A DNA stretch of 64,000 nucleotides from Eledone cirrhosa (Eukaryota): the NCBI GenBank assembly GCA_964016885.1, contig OZ024741.1, positions 43,214,001-43,278,000 of the forward strand, given 5' to 3'. Shown piece by piece: positions 52,177 to 64,000 of this stretch; the first letter of the stretch is position 1, and every line of letters begins with the position of its first letter. The notes beneath the pieces are model-generated. The model saw nothing but the letters and a program-made list of their open reading frames with translations, was not told where the DNA came from and made no database searches. A program made the translations under genes and the position numbers.

Positions 52177-52332
52177 TACATACAGGTACACATACATATA
52201 TGCACGCATCAGTTTAGCGGACGCTTATTATAACGCCGCTTTGTTCGTTTGTAAACAAACTGAACAGCCTGAATTTATGCCATACGGTGTTAAGGCAACC
52301 ACGTCACCTTTTTGTTCAACACTGACACAGGA

Positions 52333-52375
52333 ACGATGTACTAGTTTCAAGCTTGTTAGCTATCATCAGCACCGT
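52333..52375 (-). ncRNA. Minimal type I HHR, array unit 2
   Basis: Identical to unit 1. Confidence 0.85.
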
Positions 52376-52610
52376 ATACCCATCTGCCAGATAGTTGAAC
52401 GTTCGAAAGTATATACTTTCCTTATGAAAATTAACGGCTGAGCAGCCTAATTTGCATATTGAGTGAGTTAAATCGGTCAGGCATACCGAAAACGATAAGT
52501 TGAAAAAAATGAAAACGAAATTTCATTTGTCACTCTTAGTATGGCACTTACTTAAATGTAAGTATGTATGTATACGTACATACATATATGTATACAGACG
52601 TACAGTAGCA

Positions 52611-52676
<66 letters not shown>

Positions 52677-52832
52677 TACATACAGGTACACATACATATA
52701 TGCACGCATCAGTTTAGCGGACGCTTATTATAACGCCGCTTTGTTCGTTTGTAAACAAACTGAACAGCCTGAATTTATGCCATACGGTGTTAAGGCAACC
52801 ACGTCACCTTTTTGTTCAACACTGACACAGGA

Positions 52833-52875
52833 ACGATGTACTAGTTTCAAGCTTGTTAGCTATCATCAGCACCGT
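52833..52875 (-). ncRNA. Minimal type I HHR, array unit 3
   Basis: Identical to unit 1. Confidence 0.85.
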
Positions 52876-53110
52876 ATACCCATCTGCCAGATAGTTGAAC
52901 GTTCGAAAGTATATACTTTCCTTATGAAAATTAACGGCTGAGCAGCCTAATTTGCATATTGAGTGAGTTAAATCGGTCAGGCATACCGAAAACGATAAGT
53001 TGAAAAAAATGAAAACGAAATTTCATTTGTCACTCTTAGTATGGCACTTACTTAAATGTAAGTATGTATGTATACGTACATACATATATGTATACAGACG
53101 TACAGTAGCA

Positions 53111-53174
<64 letters not shown>

Positions 53175-55662
53175 TACATACAGGTACACATACATATATG
53201 CACGCATCAGTTTAGCGGACGCTTATTATAACGCCGCTTTGTTCGTTTGTAAACAACTTATCGTTTGATGTATGTCGGAGATGTATGTCAACAAATACGG
53301 GAACTTGCCCAAGGAATCAGTAACAGAACATCCAATATGGCGGCCGCTCTCAGCCTATAACCAATCAAACCCCCCTCCTCCCCTAATAAACCCCCACCCA
53401 AATAGATTCCCCTCCCCATTCTCCCCCACTCACTTCTTTTGAGTTAGTTCTTCTTTATTATAGTGGTTCATTTTGAGTTATTTCTTTATTAATAGTGATT
53501 TCTTTGTATATTACCACGGTTGACTTAATGGGCTTGGAGAGTTGACTCCCTTGATGTCTGACCGCTCGATAAGTTAGGGGTTGTGCCCCTTGAGCAGGGC
53601 TGTGTCTAGCTGGTCTACCTGCTGTCTGCTACTACCCGAGACTGGACACGGTCGTAGCCACAGGCCAGCGCGTGCGCGATAGCATGGAATATATATTTTC
53701 TGCTAGTCACCCCGTGTAATATGATACCCCAAGATTCCATGCATGAGATTCACCGAAGCATGCGCAGTCTTAACAGGGAGATGACAAACGAACTTGAAAA
53801 TAACACAAGAGAGACCCTTTGGATAGCGTAGACGCCGGACCATACCCGCAAATATATACAGACCTGTCTTGAATATGCATGGCTGACGCAATATGGATAA
53901 CACGACCAACATCTAAGCTGGAACCGACCCCTACAACAAACAAAGAGGGGAGAGCCCTTCGCATTTGATCAGTCGCGTGTGTGCTTGGAGTTCGTAGTAT
54001 ACCACCCCAGTCAAATCCACACTGGTTTTTTTGCCAATATAGCATGTAAACCAATACATCCTATGCAGCGAGACCTTGGATTTAGAACCGGCAGCGTGCA
54101 ATCCCCGAAACTAAAAGATCGAACGGACCACACCCAGCAACCAGTAGCTATTTGATCCACAGGTACATTTCCCAGAGAGTCCACGAAGCTGATAGTGAAT
54201 CCCAGCTGATTCGTGAACTCTGAACTTTTAAACAAGACCAAATGTGCCTGGAGCTATGCAGATGACTACATACGCATAATGGATATCGCGCCCACAAGGT
54301 CACCTGTATTGTTTATCCTGCTGTATGTGTGTAAAGTATCCGTGCGTGGGATATCCCTGAGTACATTTTCTTGACTATCAATTGTTAATTGATTGTTTGT
54401 TAATTACGCAGGAGTATACCATTATGTCTTTGTTAATCATATGTGATGCTGTATGTGTGTAAAGTATCCCTGAGCTAATTTTGTTTGACTGTTAATTGTT
54501 TATTGATTTTTTTGTTAATTAGGCAGGAATATATTATTATGTCTTTGTTAATCCTGTATCAATAATTTTATAGTAATTTTTTAATCCTGTATCAATAGTT
54601 TTATGATAATTTTGTAATAATTTTATAATAATTTTATAATAATTTTGTGATAATTTTATAATCATTTTTTGATAGTACATTATTAGATTACTGAAGCTAC
54701 CTTATACCTTCTTAAAAATACATTTTATAATTATTGCTTTTTAAAAATACATTTTATAATTATTGTCTTTTTGCTTATGTATTTTCTTACTTATAATTTT
54801 CTTTTATCTTGTCCAACTTGATAAGCTCTTTGAATTGCTCCCTAATTAAATTACTTAAATTACTTAAATTATTTTATCTATTATACCTAAGTTGTATCTG
54901 TTGAAGCAGCCCTTTGAAAATTCCTCGGATATCCCAAATACCGTAATTTTTAACTTTTAATTCATAATTTTCCTCAATTCGTTTATATATATCCTTAAAG
55001 GCTCTCTAAAATTTTAATTCTTCGAAGGGTCTCTCGGAGGAGGTTCATATTAAAAATATTAAAGGGGACTTTTCTGAGGGGTTTATTGAAGGCTTTTTGA
55101 ATTAACCTTTAATTGATTAGTTTCTTTCAACTTAGTAGAGATTATCAAAACTTCGTAAATTTTCTGAAATTTTTTAACGAGATCTCTGGGGAAGAAAGTT
55201 TTTTTCTTTCGAAAGAAATTTTTTCTCTCGAGGGAACTTCTTGGGAAACTTTATATTTTTTTAGGGAAACTTTATATCTTTATTTTTTATTTTTTTTATT
55301 TTATTTTATTAGTCTCTTAATCTCTTCTAGTTTGTTAACTTTATTGGGGCTTGTAAGCTTTAGGCACTTATTGAGGGATTTTTTAAGGTGTTTCTACGAG
55401 ATCCCAAGTCTTTTACTTTTAATGCGTAAATTATAAATTATCTAATTTTTAACCTTCAATCCCTGACTCTTAGGCCATTTTCAAATTCTCTTAACTCCCC
55501 ATAACCCATCCCTTTACAATTCCGACAACTAATATAAAAGAGCCCCCTTAGAATATAGACCCCAAATATACAAGCGGAGCTGCTGATGTATACCACAATT
55601 TCAAACTGCTAGTCTTAAGTGATACGTTGATGTAAATAATGAACTTACAATCACATGTTATA

Positions 55663-55709
55663 TGCCTTGAAAAGTCCCACCGTATGGTCGGACGAAACGG
55701 CTGTCGGCA
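55663..55709 (+). ncRNA. HHR variant (UUGAAAA core)
   Basis: tgcc-TTGAAAA-gtcc(12 nt)ggac-GAA-ac(ggct)gt-C-ggca, followed directly by AATAAA. Confidence 0.72.
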
Positions 55710-55753
55710 ATAAACTTGTTATAATGTCATAATAGTTCCTTTGTTCTTTTTCA

Positions 55754-55795
<42 letters not shown>

Positions 55796-56068
55796 GTATG
55801 TAATAAGCGACTATGTGCAGGTATAATTTATAGAAGTATGTAAGTGTTTAGATACATACTTCAAAACGTACAGACCCACATAAAAGTCGCATAGAAACCT
55901 ACACATATACACACACGATAGGCTATTTGAAGAAATCTCTCTAATGGGGATGAATTTTACAAAATGCGACCACCATACAAAAATAGATACAAAATCATTC
56001 TCATACATATTTAATTCATACATTCACACATATGTATATATGCATACACACACGCACACACACACACC

Positions 56069-56137
<69 letters not shown>

Positions 56138-56191
56138 TACTCTTTTACCTGTTTCAGCCATCCGGCTGAGGCCATGCTGTGGCACCGCCCT

Positions 56192-56290
<99 letters not shown>

Positions 56291-56449
56291 CTTATATGTA
56301 TATATATATATATGGTTGATGGCTGAGAGAATAAAATATTCTATACCGAAGTAGAGATTAATTATTTATTATATTAAGGCTAAAACCTTCTTCTCTGAAG
56401 ACCCTGTGGTAACAAGACTCACTATTTTGTTTTAACATAGTGGATATAA

Positions 56450-56529
<80 letters not shown>

Positions 56530-56549
56530 TTATATGTATATATACATAT

Positions 56550-56639
<90 letters not shown>

Positions 56640-56718
56640 GAGATGAGCGGAACAAGTAAACATTAAACAATCTTTTAAATAAATTAAAATACGATTTAAA
56701 TATTTACCTATCCAAAAT

Positions 56719-56798
56719 GCTTTTACCGGCGGTTTCGCTTCACAAAAGATTGGAAATTCAAAGGATTTCCAATGGAAAAGATGAATTCCTCAGAAAGC
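56719..56798 (-). ncRNA. Type I HHR with an extended stem II
   Basis: gcttt-CTGAGGA-attca...attggaaat/atttccaat...tgaagc-GAA-acc(gcc)ggt-A-aaagc. Confidence 0.68.
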
Positions 56799-57349
56799 TA
56801 TTTCCATTCTATAGGACGTAAAGTCTCACAGTTTGTAAATATATCGGCTACTGCCGGCTAGCATAAGGTCAGGTCGTTAAAATGACCCACGCATTAGCTT
56901 GTCGTTAGTAAAAGCGGGAATATTATAGACGTGTTGTTTGCCTCGCTACTAAAAATAGCAGTTAGATACAACGTCTTTCTCTCTACGCAAACGCATGCGC
57001 AAAGAAGACAAAATAAAATAAACAAACAAACAAATAAATAAATAAATATATAGAAAGACTAAATAAAAATGGCGTAGATATACAATGTAACGGGAGGAAA
57101 CAATAGCACCACTGACGTGTTGGAGATGTGCAACGAAAGACCTTTGATAAACTATATATATGTGTTTGTGTCTATATTGTATCTGTATCATTTTTGACCG
57201 TCGGTCAGTCAATGGCAACATTGAGGACCGAATAAATTAGATTACCGATATAAAAGACACAGAAGCGAAAAGCGAAAACCAACCAAACAGTGAGTGTGTT
57301 GTGTTATTAATTCTGGCAATATTACACAAATATGACCTTCCCCAAGTAT

Positions 57350-57414
<65 letters not shown>

Positions 57415-57840
57415 TATATATATATATATGTGTGTATGTGTGTGTGTGTGTATATGTATATGTATGTATATGTATGTGTATATGTATGTATATGTATGTA
57501 TATATGTATATATATATGTGTGTATGTATGTATATATATATGTGCGTATATATATTTATATATATATATGTGTATGTATATATATGTATATATGTAAATG
57601 TGTGTGTGTATATGTATATGTATGTATATGTATGTGTATATGTATATATATATATATACATGAATGAATATATATGCATCATGAATATATATGCATGAAT
57701 ATATTATGTATATGAATACATATCCAATTGCTAATGCTAGAATGTATATTTCTGTATAGAGAAATAGTAAAACACATATACGGGATTATGAAGCACCATG
57801 GTACTTTTTCTCTCACGTATTTCCTGGGTGACTGGTACTC

Positions 57841-57890
<50 letters not shown>

Positions 57891-57893
<3 letters not shown>

Positions 57894-57941
57894 TATGTAT
57901 GTATACGTACATACATATATGTATACAGACGTACAGTAGCA

Positions 57942-57999
<58 letters not shown>

Positions 58000-58107
58000 C
58001 AGGTACAGATACCTATATGTACGTATCAGTTTGTTTACAAACGAACAAAGCGGGCGTTATAATAAGCGTCCGCTAAACTGATACGTACATATATGTATGT
58101 GTACCTG

Positions 58108-58153
<46 letters not shown>

Positions 58154-58258
58154 TGCTACTGTACGTCTGTATACATATATGTATGTACGTATACATACAT
58201 ACTTACATTTAAGTAAGTGCCGTACTAAGAGTGAGAAATGAAATTTCGTTTTCATTTT
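57891..58258. repeat. Fold-back derivative of the 500-bp array unit
   Basis: Plus-orientation unit segment joined at TCAGTTT to the reverse complement of the unit. Confidence 0.85.
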
Positions 58259-58264
58259 ATTACA

Positions 58265-58338
<74 letters not shown>

Positions 58339-58342
<4 letters not shown>

Positions 58343-58741
58343 ATCAAAAGATGGTTAAAGGAGTTCCATGTATTTTATTATGCGCATTTCAAAAACAAAC
58401 ATCATCATGCAATAGTATTTGTGTTTTCATCAGATAAAACAGGAGAACATGATATGAAGGCTAAAAAACACTTGTGGATAGTGCAGTTTTAAATCAACAT
58501 ATAACTGCACTATCCACAAGTGTTTTTTAGCCTTCATATCATGTTCTCCTGTTTTATCTGATGAAAATACAAATATTATTGCATGATGATGTTTGTTTTT
58601 GAAATGCGCATAATAAAATACATGGAACTCCTTTAACCATCTTTTGATCTTATATTATGTATACTCCAGTCCTACAAACTGTAGAGTGCTTCTTATCCGA
58701 TATCTGCATTGCTTTATTGTACTACAATAAAACTCACCTCC

Positions 58742-58745
<4 letters not shown>
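58339..58745 (+). mobile_element. Fold-back element with an HHR on both strands plus a 3' tail
   Basis: ~150-bp arms at 58339-58488 and 58503-58652; embedded in (TA)n. Confidence 0.88.
58551..58619 (+). ncRNA. Type I HHR (mirror copy at 58372-58440 on the minus strand)
   Basis: gttttat-CTGATGA-aaatacaaat...gtttgttttt-GAA-atgcgcat-A-ataaaat. Confidence 0.8.
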
Positions 58746-58785
<40 letters not shown>

Positions 58786-58957
58786 TTGCAAGGTGTTTGC
58801 TATGAAATCGTGTGTTGAAACAATTATTGTTATAATATTGTGAGAAATAATAAAACACACTCGCTGTTTGTTTTGGATAGGTTTTCGCTTCTGTATATTT
58901 TATATCCTTCTAGTTAATTTAGCTGGCAATCAATGTATATCATTGATTGACCAACGG

Positions 58958-59014
<57 letters not shown>

Positions 59015-59017
<3 letters not shown>

Positions 59018-61266
59018 AGATCTCGGATGTACTTCACAAACACACACACACTACGCACAACACACAACCTCACCAAATCTCAACTCACCACTCTCTCCAA
59101 CCTAAAATCGAAGAACCTTATCTACCTACCCCCGACAAGGGAAAAGAATTCTGCGTCAAAAGCAGAGAGGCCTACAACACCCTGGCCCTCCAACAACTTG
59201 ACGTTGACAACCTCTACTCCAGGGTCACTGGAATCACTCCCGCGCAGATAGAGAGCACATCAACGCCGCCTGGGCCAACATCTGCGACCGGTGGAAGCTC
59301 AGGAAGAAGCTGAGATACAACCTCCTCACGAAGAACAGCAGACTACTCACCTTCTATCACCTCGTGAAAACACAGAAACAGGGACCCGACATGAAGATCA
59401 GGCCCATTGTATCGTGCGTGGAAGGACCACTCTACAAAATTTCATGGCTCCTAGCCAGAATACTCAAACCCATCTTCGACACCTTGCCGAGACACGGTAA
59501 CAGCTCGAAGAGGTGTTGAAGCGCCTGCATCAAATGGATCCCGACACCAGAAAGAATAACAGATATGCCTTCAGCCTTGATGTAGTCGATCTCTACACCT
59601 CGGTCCCGGCACTCCTGGCCGTCAATATACTGATGGGACGCGTCCAATCCACCGACCTACACTGCTTCCATCGTCGTCGACAACACCTACTTCGGATTCC
59701 TGGACCAAACATACCAACGAAGCTCGGGACTGCCCATGGGATCAAGCCTGTCGGGTGTGCTAGCGATCTCTTACATGGACAGCCTCGAGCGCAAGGCACT
59801 CAACGCCTGCCACCCCAACGCCATCGCCTTTTTCTCAAAGTACGTGGACGATATCCTCATCCTCACATCTTCCCAAGACATGGCGAACACAATCTATGAG
59901 ACGTTCAACAACACGGACGAGAACATTGACTTCAGTGTTGAACACCCCAACGACGACGGGTCACTTGCCCTCCTCGACTTCCGAATCAACATCACGGAAC
60001 AGGGAGGGATCCACTGCAACTTCTACCGAAAGGCAGCCTGCAGGCACCTGTTCGTCCACTACAAGTCCGCCGTCCCTAACTGTGCCAAAAGAGGATACAT
60101 CACGAACGAGATCGCGCGAATCAAAAACAGATGCAGCGATCCCGCAAGTGGTGTCACTCATACCAAGCGATTCCTCGAGGTGCTGGAGACGAACGGGTAC
60201 CCTACCTCGCTCACAGAAAGAGTAGGAGACACCAGACACAAGAGACAGAGAGGCACCCAAGGCAAGTACTTCCTTAAAATGCCATACCTGGGCGAGAATA
60301 CCACCAAAGCTATCCGCAAAGCTATACGGAGAGAGGACCTCCACATCCACCTGGCCCAGATAGAATGTAACAAGTGCAACCAATACTACATAGGTAGCAC
60401 AATCCGGCCGTTGCACATCCGGATCAAGGAACACACTAAAACCAGGGCATCGTCTTTCCGGAAACACATTGCCAAATGCGGAAACAAAGACGGAAGGCCC
60501 ATTGTCACAATTCTAGCGACAGAAAGAAACGTCGGCACGTTACGTATCAAGGAAGCACTTTGGATCAAACGCCTAGGGCCACAACTAAATAACCGATCCG
60601 AGAGAAGCGAAATGAGGTGGTTGGTTTAAGTTAACAAACGATAGCAACAACACACGCACACACACACAAGCGAGACAGCAACACACGCACACAAACACAC
60701 ACACACACAGTTGCATTCCACCATACGAACATACTACACTGACAATACAGAGGAACAAGGCAACAACACACGCACACACAGACACACAGTAACATTCACC
60801 AAACAGGCAGAGAATGGACTGACAGCTAGCGCCACCCCACTCCCACAATTGAAATAACTACTTCGGCCTCTGACCTCTGCCTGACCGACCCCATTTCACG
60901 CGCACGCGCACTGTGCTGAGTACCTCAGATATTCAAAACAACGAACACCGGAGGACACGTTTCGCACCTTTCCGACAGACAACTTTCATCCCCCCCCCCC
61001 CCCTTCCACCGGAAAAAAACCCAGTTGATGGATGTGAATCCGAAATATATAGGGACAATTAAATCTTACCCAAGGTAACTCTTTCTCGTGTTGTTATTTT
61101 TATTTTTATCCTTTACGCTCATTCCTTCATTCCTCTACACGTTACAATCTTATACACGCCACGCTTCTCAACGTACATCCACTTACATCTCTCTCTCCAC
61201 CACCGGATCCTGTTACCCGGAGATTTACCCATCTGCATTGTCGAGGCTTCCAAACGACTTAAAGAA

Positions 61267-61268
<2 letters not shown>
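59015..61268 (+). mobile_element. Penelope/Poseidon-like PLE
   Basis: IRPIVS, SLDVVDLYTSVP, MGSSLS, KYVDD and GIY-YIG; degenerate HHR at ~61020-61054; flanked by (TA)n. Confidence 0.88.
59736..60629 (+). pseudogene. C-terminal open part of the PLE RT and GIY-YIG
   Basis: YVDD, LALLD, CNKCNQYYIGSTIRPLHIRIKEH, IKEALWI..PQLN; the upstream part is frameshifted. Confidence 0.88.
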
Positions 61269-61297
<29 letters not shown>

Positions 61298-61659
61298 CAT
61301 AGTCTATAAAAGTGATACTATTATGTTTCCTCACGTTGTATTGTAATGACTACTCTATTTGGCCCAGTATTAAAACTACTCTATAGGGCCACACGTTTAA
61401 ATTTAATGAGAAAATTTACACAGGGTGTGAAGGAGCAGCCATTGGAGTCAGCATAACTGGCGAAGTTGCCAACCTATTTATGGTATGGTGGGAAAGGAAA
61501 CTCCTAGAAGAGAACTCTATAGCCCTCGTCATGTACTTTCGAAGGATAGATGATAAAAATATAGTAATAACCCCCCCCCCCCCCCCCCAACCACCCACAC
61601 ATGAGAGTACCAACAAACCCAAATTAGAAAATAACACAATATATATATAAACATATATA

Positions 61660-61889
61660 TTGGTAAAAGGAAAAGAAAATGCTGACAAATTGTTCCCAGT
61701 GAAAAATAGTTTAATTAGGAATAAGTAAAAATTAGTAATAGTATTCAGTATTCAGTTTTGGATTTAAGTTTTACCGGTTGCGCATTTCTAATGCTTTTCA
61801 AAAATAATTTTGAGATAGAGCGCCCGTGATGTTTGCTCTCATCCTTTTACCAATATATCATAACTCGTGTGTTACACCTCTATTCTTTT
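61660..61889. mobile_element. PLE-derived mini-insertion with an inverted pLTR carrying a UUGAAAA-type HHR (61769-61804, -)
   Basis: Minus strand: ttt-TTGAAAA-gcat(tagaa)atgc-GCA-accggt-A-aaa; termini and tail shared with 7315-9046. Confidence 0.7.
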
Positions 61890-62649
61890 ATATATATATA
61901 TATATATATATATCCGAGGCTATGAGAGATGACACTTCCATCTGCCCATGGTACCACGCAGCGTGATCGAATTTTCAATTTATAGTTGTGAAGTGAACGT
62001 CTTAAATATTCGGCCATTTTGTCCGTAGGAACACTAAGAATATACCATAGCTCAAACCCAGTACCGAAACACATATGAAAAGAACTCTGTTTGTCAGGGG
62101 CTTACCCTACCTACAGTGTTTTACTAAAACATATACATCTTTTATTTCTACACTAGTCTAATTGTTATTTATGTGTTGTTTAGATTATAGATCTATTAAT
62201 AACCAAGTTGTAATTTATAGAAGACTGGACATTATATTTCCTTTGAGCTGTCTATATTGTACATCTATTGACAGGGAAATATATCTCTATATAATGGACA
62301 TAATATTTCTTTATGGTGTTATCTATATTAGTTTTACTAACATCTAAATTACCTCGTTATATGATGGTCATATGATTTCATTATGTTCTGACTATATCCA
62401 ACTTCCATTTAAATCTAAATTATGGACACACACACACACACATTTATATATGTATATGTGTGTGTGCGTGGACGTGTGAGAGTCTGTGTATGTGTGTGAC
62501 TGTGTATGGGCTTGTGGCCGTATGTACATATATATATTGATATTAATATATATATATATTTATGTGTGCGTGTTTATGAGTGTATGTATGTACATGAATG
62601 AATATGTATATATATATATATATAGCGTCAATGTGTAAGTGTGTGTGTA

Positions 62650-62683
<34 letters not shown>

Positions 62684-63077
62684 TAGATCTATATACATAG
62701 TTATGTACGATATTTTTATTCATATATCTCGTTATGATGGTGATACACAAAATGTATTTAAGATGCGAGTATAGCTTATTCGAATTTTAGTAGCGATTGA
62801 GTAAACATCGCTGATGATAGATAAAACATCTTGAAAACACTTGTGTTTCGCGTTCTTATACAGCTATTGAGATTGATATTGCATGATCAGAGTTTAAACC
62901 TTCATAGTAAGATTTATGTATCTTCATTACGCATACGCCTTCATATAATAGTCTTTTATGAATCGCAGTATGTTAGTTATAATAGAAATAAAAGTATACA
63001 TACACATCTTTTCCTTTGTTGATGCATTCACCGACGTCCACCTGAAAATATGCCGAGAATAAAGGAAAGAATGGAAA

Positions 63078-63174
<97 letters not shown>

Positions 63175-63181
63175 ACGAGAG

Positions 63182-63432
63182 AATTAGAATTTAGCTTCGA
63201 ACATAGCTGTATATAAGTATGTATTTGAATTTCGTATTTCTAAAGAAATACCGTATGATTATAAATAAACGTTTAGTAATCCATAACTATTAATACCACT
63301 GGCAGCTACTGCCAGCAGGCGGTGCCTGGCAGAAACAAGAGGGACATATTTATAATCATATCGTATTTCTTTAGAAATATGAAATTCAAATACATATTTG
63401 TATACTGCTATGTTCGAAGATAAATTCTAATT
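63182..63432. repeat. Fold-back with ~85-bp arms
   Basis: AATTAGAATTTAGCTTCGAACATAGC versus GCTATGTTCGAAGATAAATTCTAATT; a further inverted copy at ~63650-63722. Confidence 0.75.
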
Positions 63433-63737
63433 CTATTATATTATAAGTTGAGCCAACTTATACAGCTTCATATGCAAATGAGATTAATCACCTAATTTAC
63501 ATAGACGAAAAAAAAAAACTATATATTTTCGCATGTTTCAAAGGCCAGCAGTAGCAAGAGCGGGAGAGATCGTCCTGACGAGTACCAGTTGAGTTTGAAA
63601 TTCATTGACGATTGTCCCTCTTGCCTTCTGCCGGGTACGGCCCGGTGGCGTTAGCTGCCAGTGGTATTCATGGCTATAGATTTCTACGTGTTTATTTATA
63701 TATAGAAATACAAAATTCAAATATATATATATATATA

Positions 63738-63933
63738 TAGGGAAAAGTATGACCCCGACGGCAGAGTTCCAGCCGTTTGGACGGCTATTTCTGAGTCCAG
63801 AAATAGCCGTCGATACGGCTGGAAGTCTGCCGTCGGCGTCATAATTTTTCCTATTACCCACTCTACTACCCTAAGTATTGAGTACTCTGGTGAGTTATGG
63901 TCCATCTGGTTCCTTACCACAATTCCTTCGTTA
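63738..63933 (+). mobile_element. Fold-back mini-element family F1 (diverged copy)
   Basis: Imperfect palindrome plus the same tail as the copy at 27720. Confidence 0.8.
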
Positions 63934-64000
63934 TATATAAAAGGATCGATCGACTTTCGTCAAATCGGACCGAGGAAACAATGTTTTCGTCGGTCTTTCC

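Larger units (their letters stand above)
51557..53256 (-). repeat. Tandem array of ~500-bp HHR-containing units (about 3.4 copies)
   Basis: Near-identical units with periods of 498 and 500 bp, differing mainly in internal (TA)n length. Confidence 0.95.

Noticed and set aside
51572-52941. Repeated 123-aa ORF in the array units
   Set aside because: Starts in microsatellite, frame depends on TA length, and has no recognisable domain
51557-53256. CRISPR-like repeat-spacer array
   Set aside because: Whole units are identical with no unique spacers, no cas genes, and the context is eukaryotic

Overview
AT-rich, microsatellite-dense eukaryotic DNA, probably from a coleoid cephalopod (inferred from the SINE families). 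I cannot see an intact host gene. The window is almost entirely retroelements. These include three Penelope-like elements (PLEs), a near-complete Tx1/L1-clade LINE, three R4/Dong-type restriction-like-endonuclease LINEs (one with an intact 1130-aa ORF), CR1/L2, RTE and Vingi-like fragments, many tRNA-derived SINEs, a MITE and a possible decayed Toll-like receptor. The main signal that the ORF track does not explain is a set of about 15-20 type I hammerhead ribozyme (HHR) motifs, intact or degenerate, read by eye on both strands. Almost all lie in small non-coding elements embedded in (TA)n tracts. The clearest case is a near-perfect ~500-bp tandem array at 51557-53256. Each full unit has one minus-strand minimal HHR, preceded by an octamer and a conserved PSE-like block, which suggests a retrozyme or ribozyme-satellite with a possible snRNA-type promoter. 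Many insertions are fold-backs (an inverted copy plus a 3' tail), and one carries an HHR on both strands. All structure calls are manual and untested, and element boundaries are approximate.
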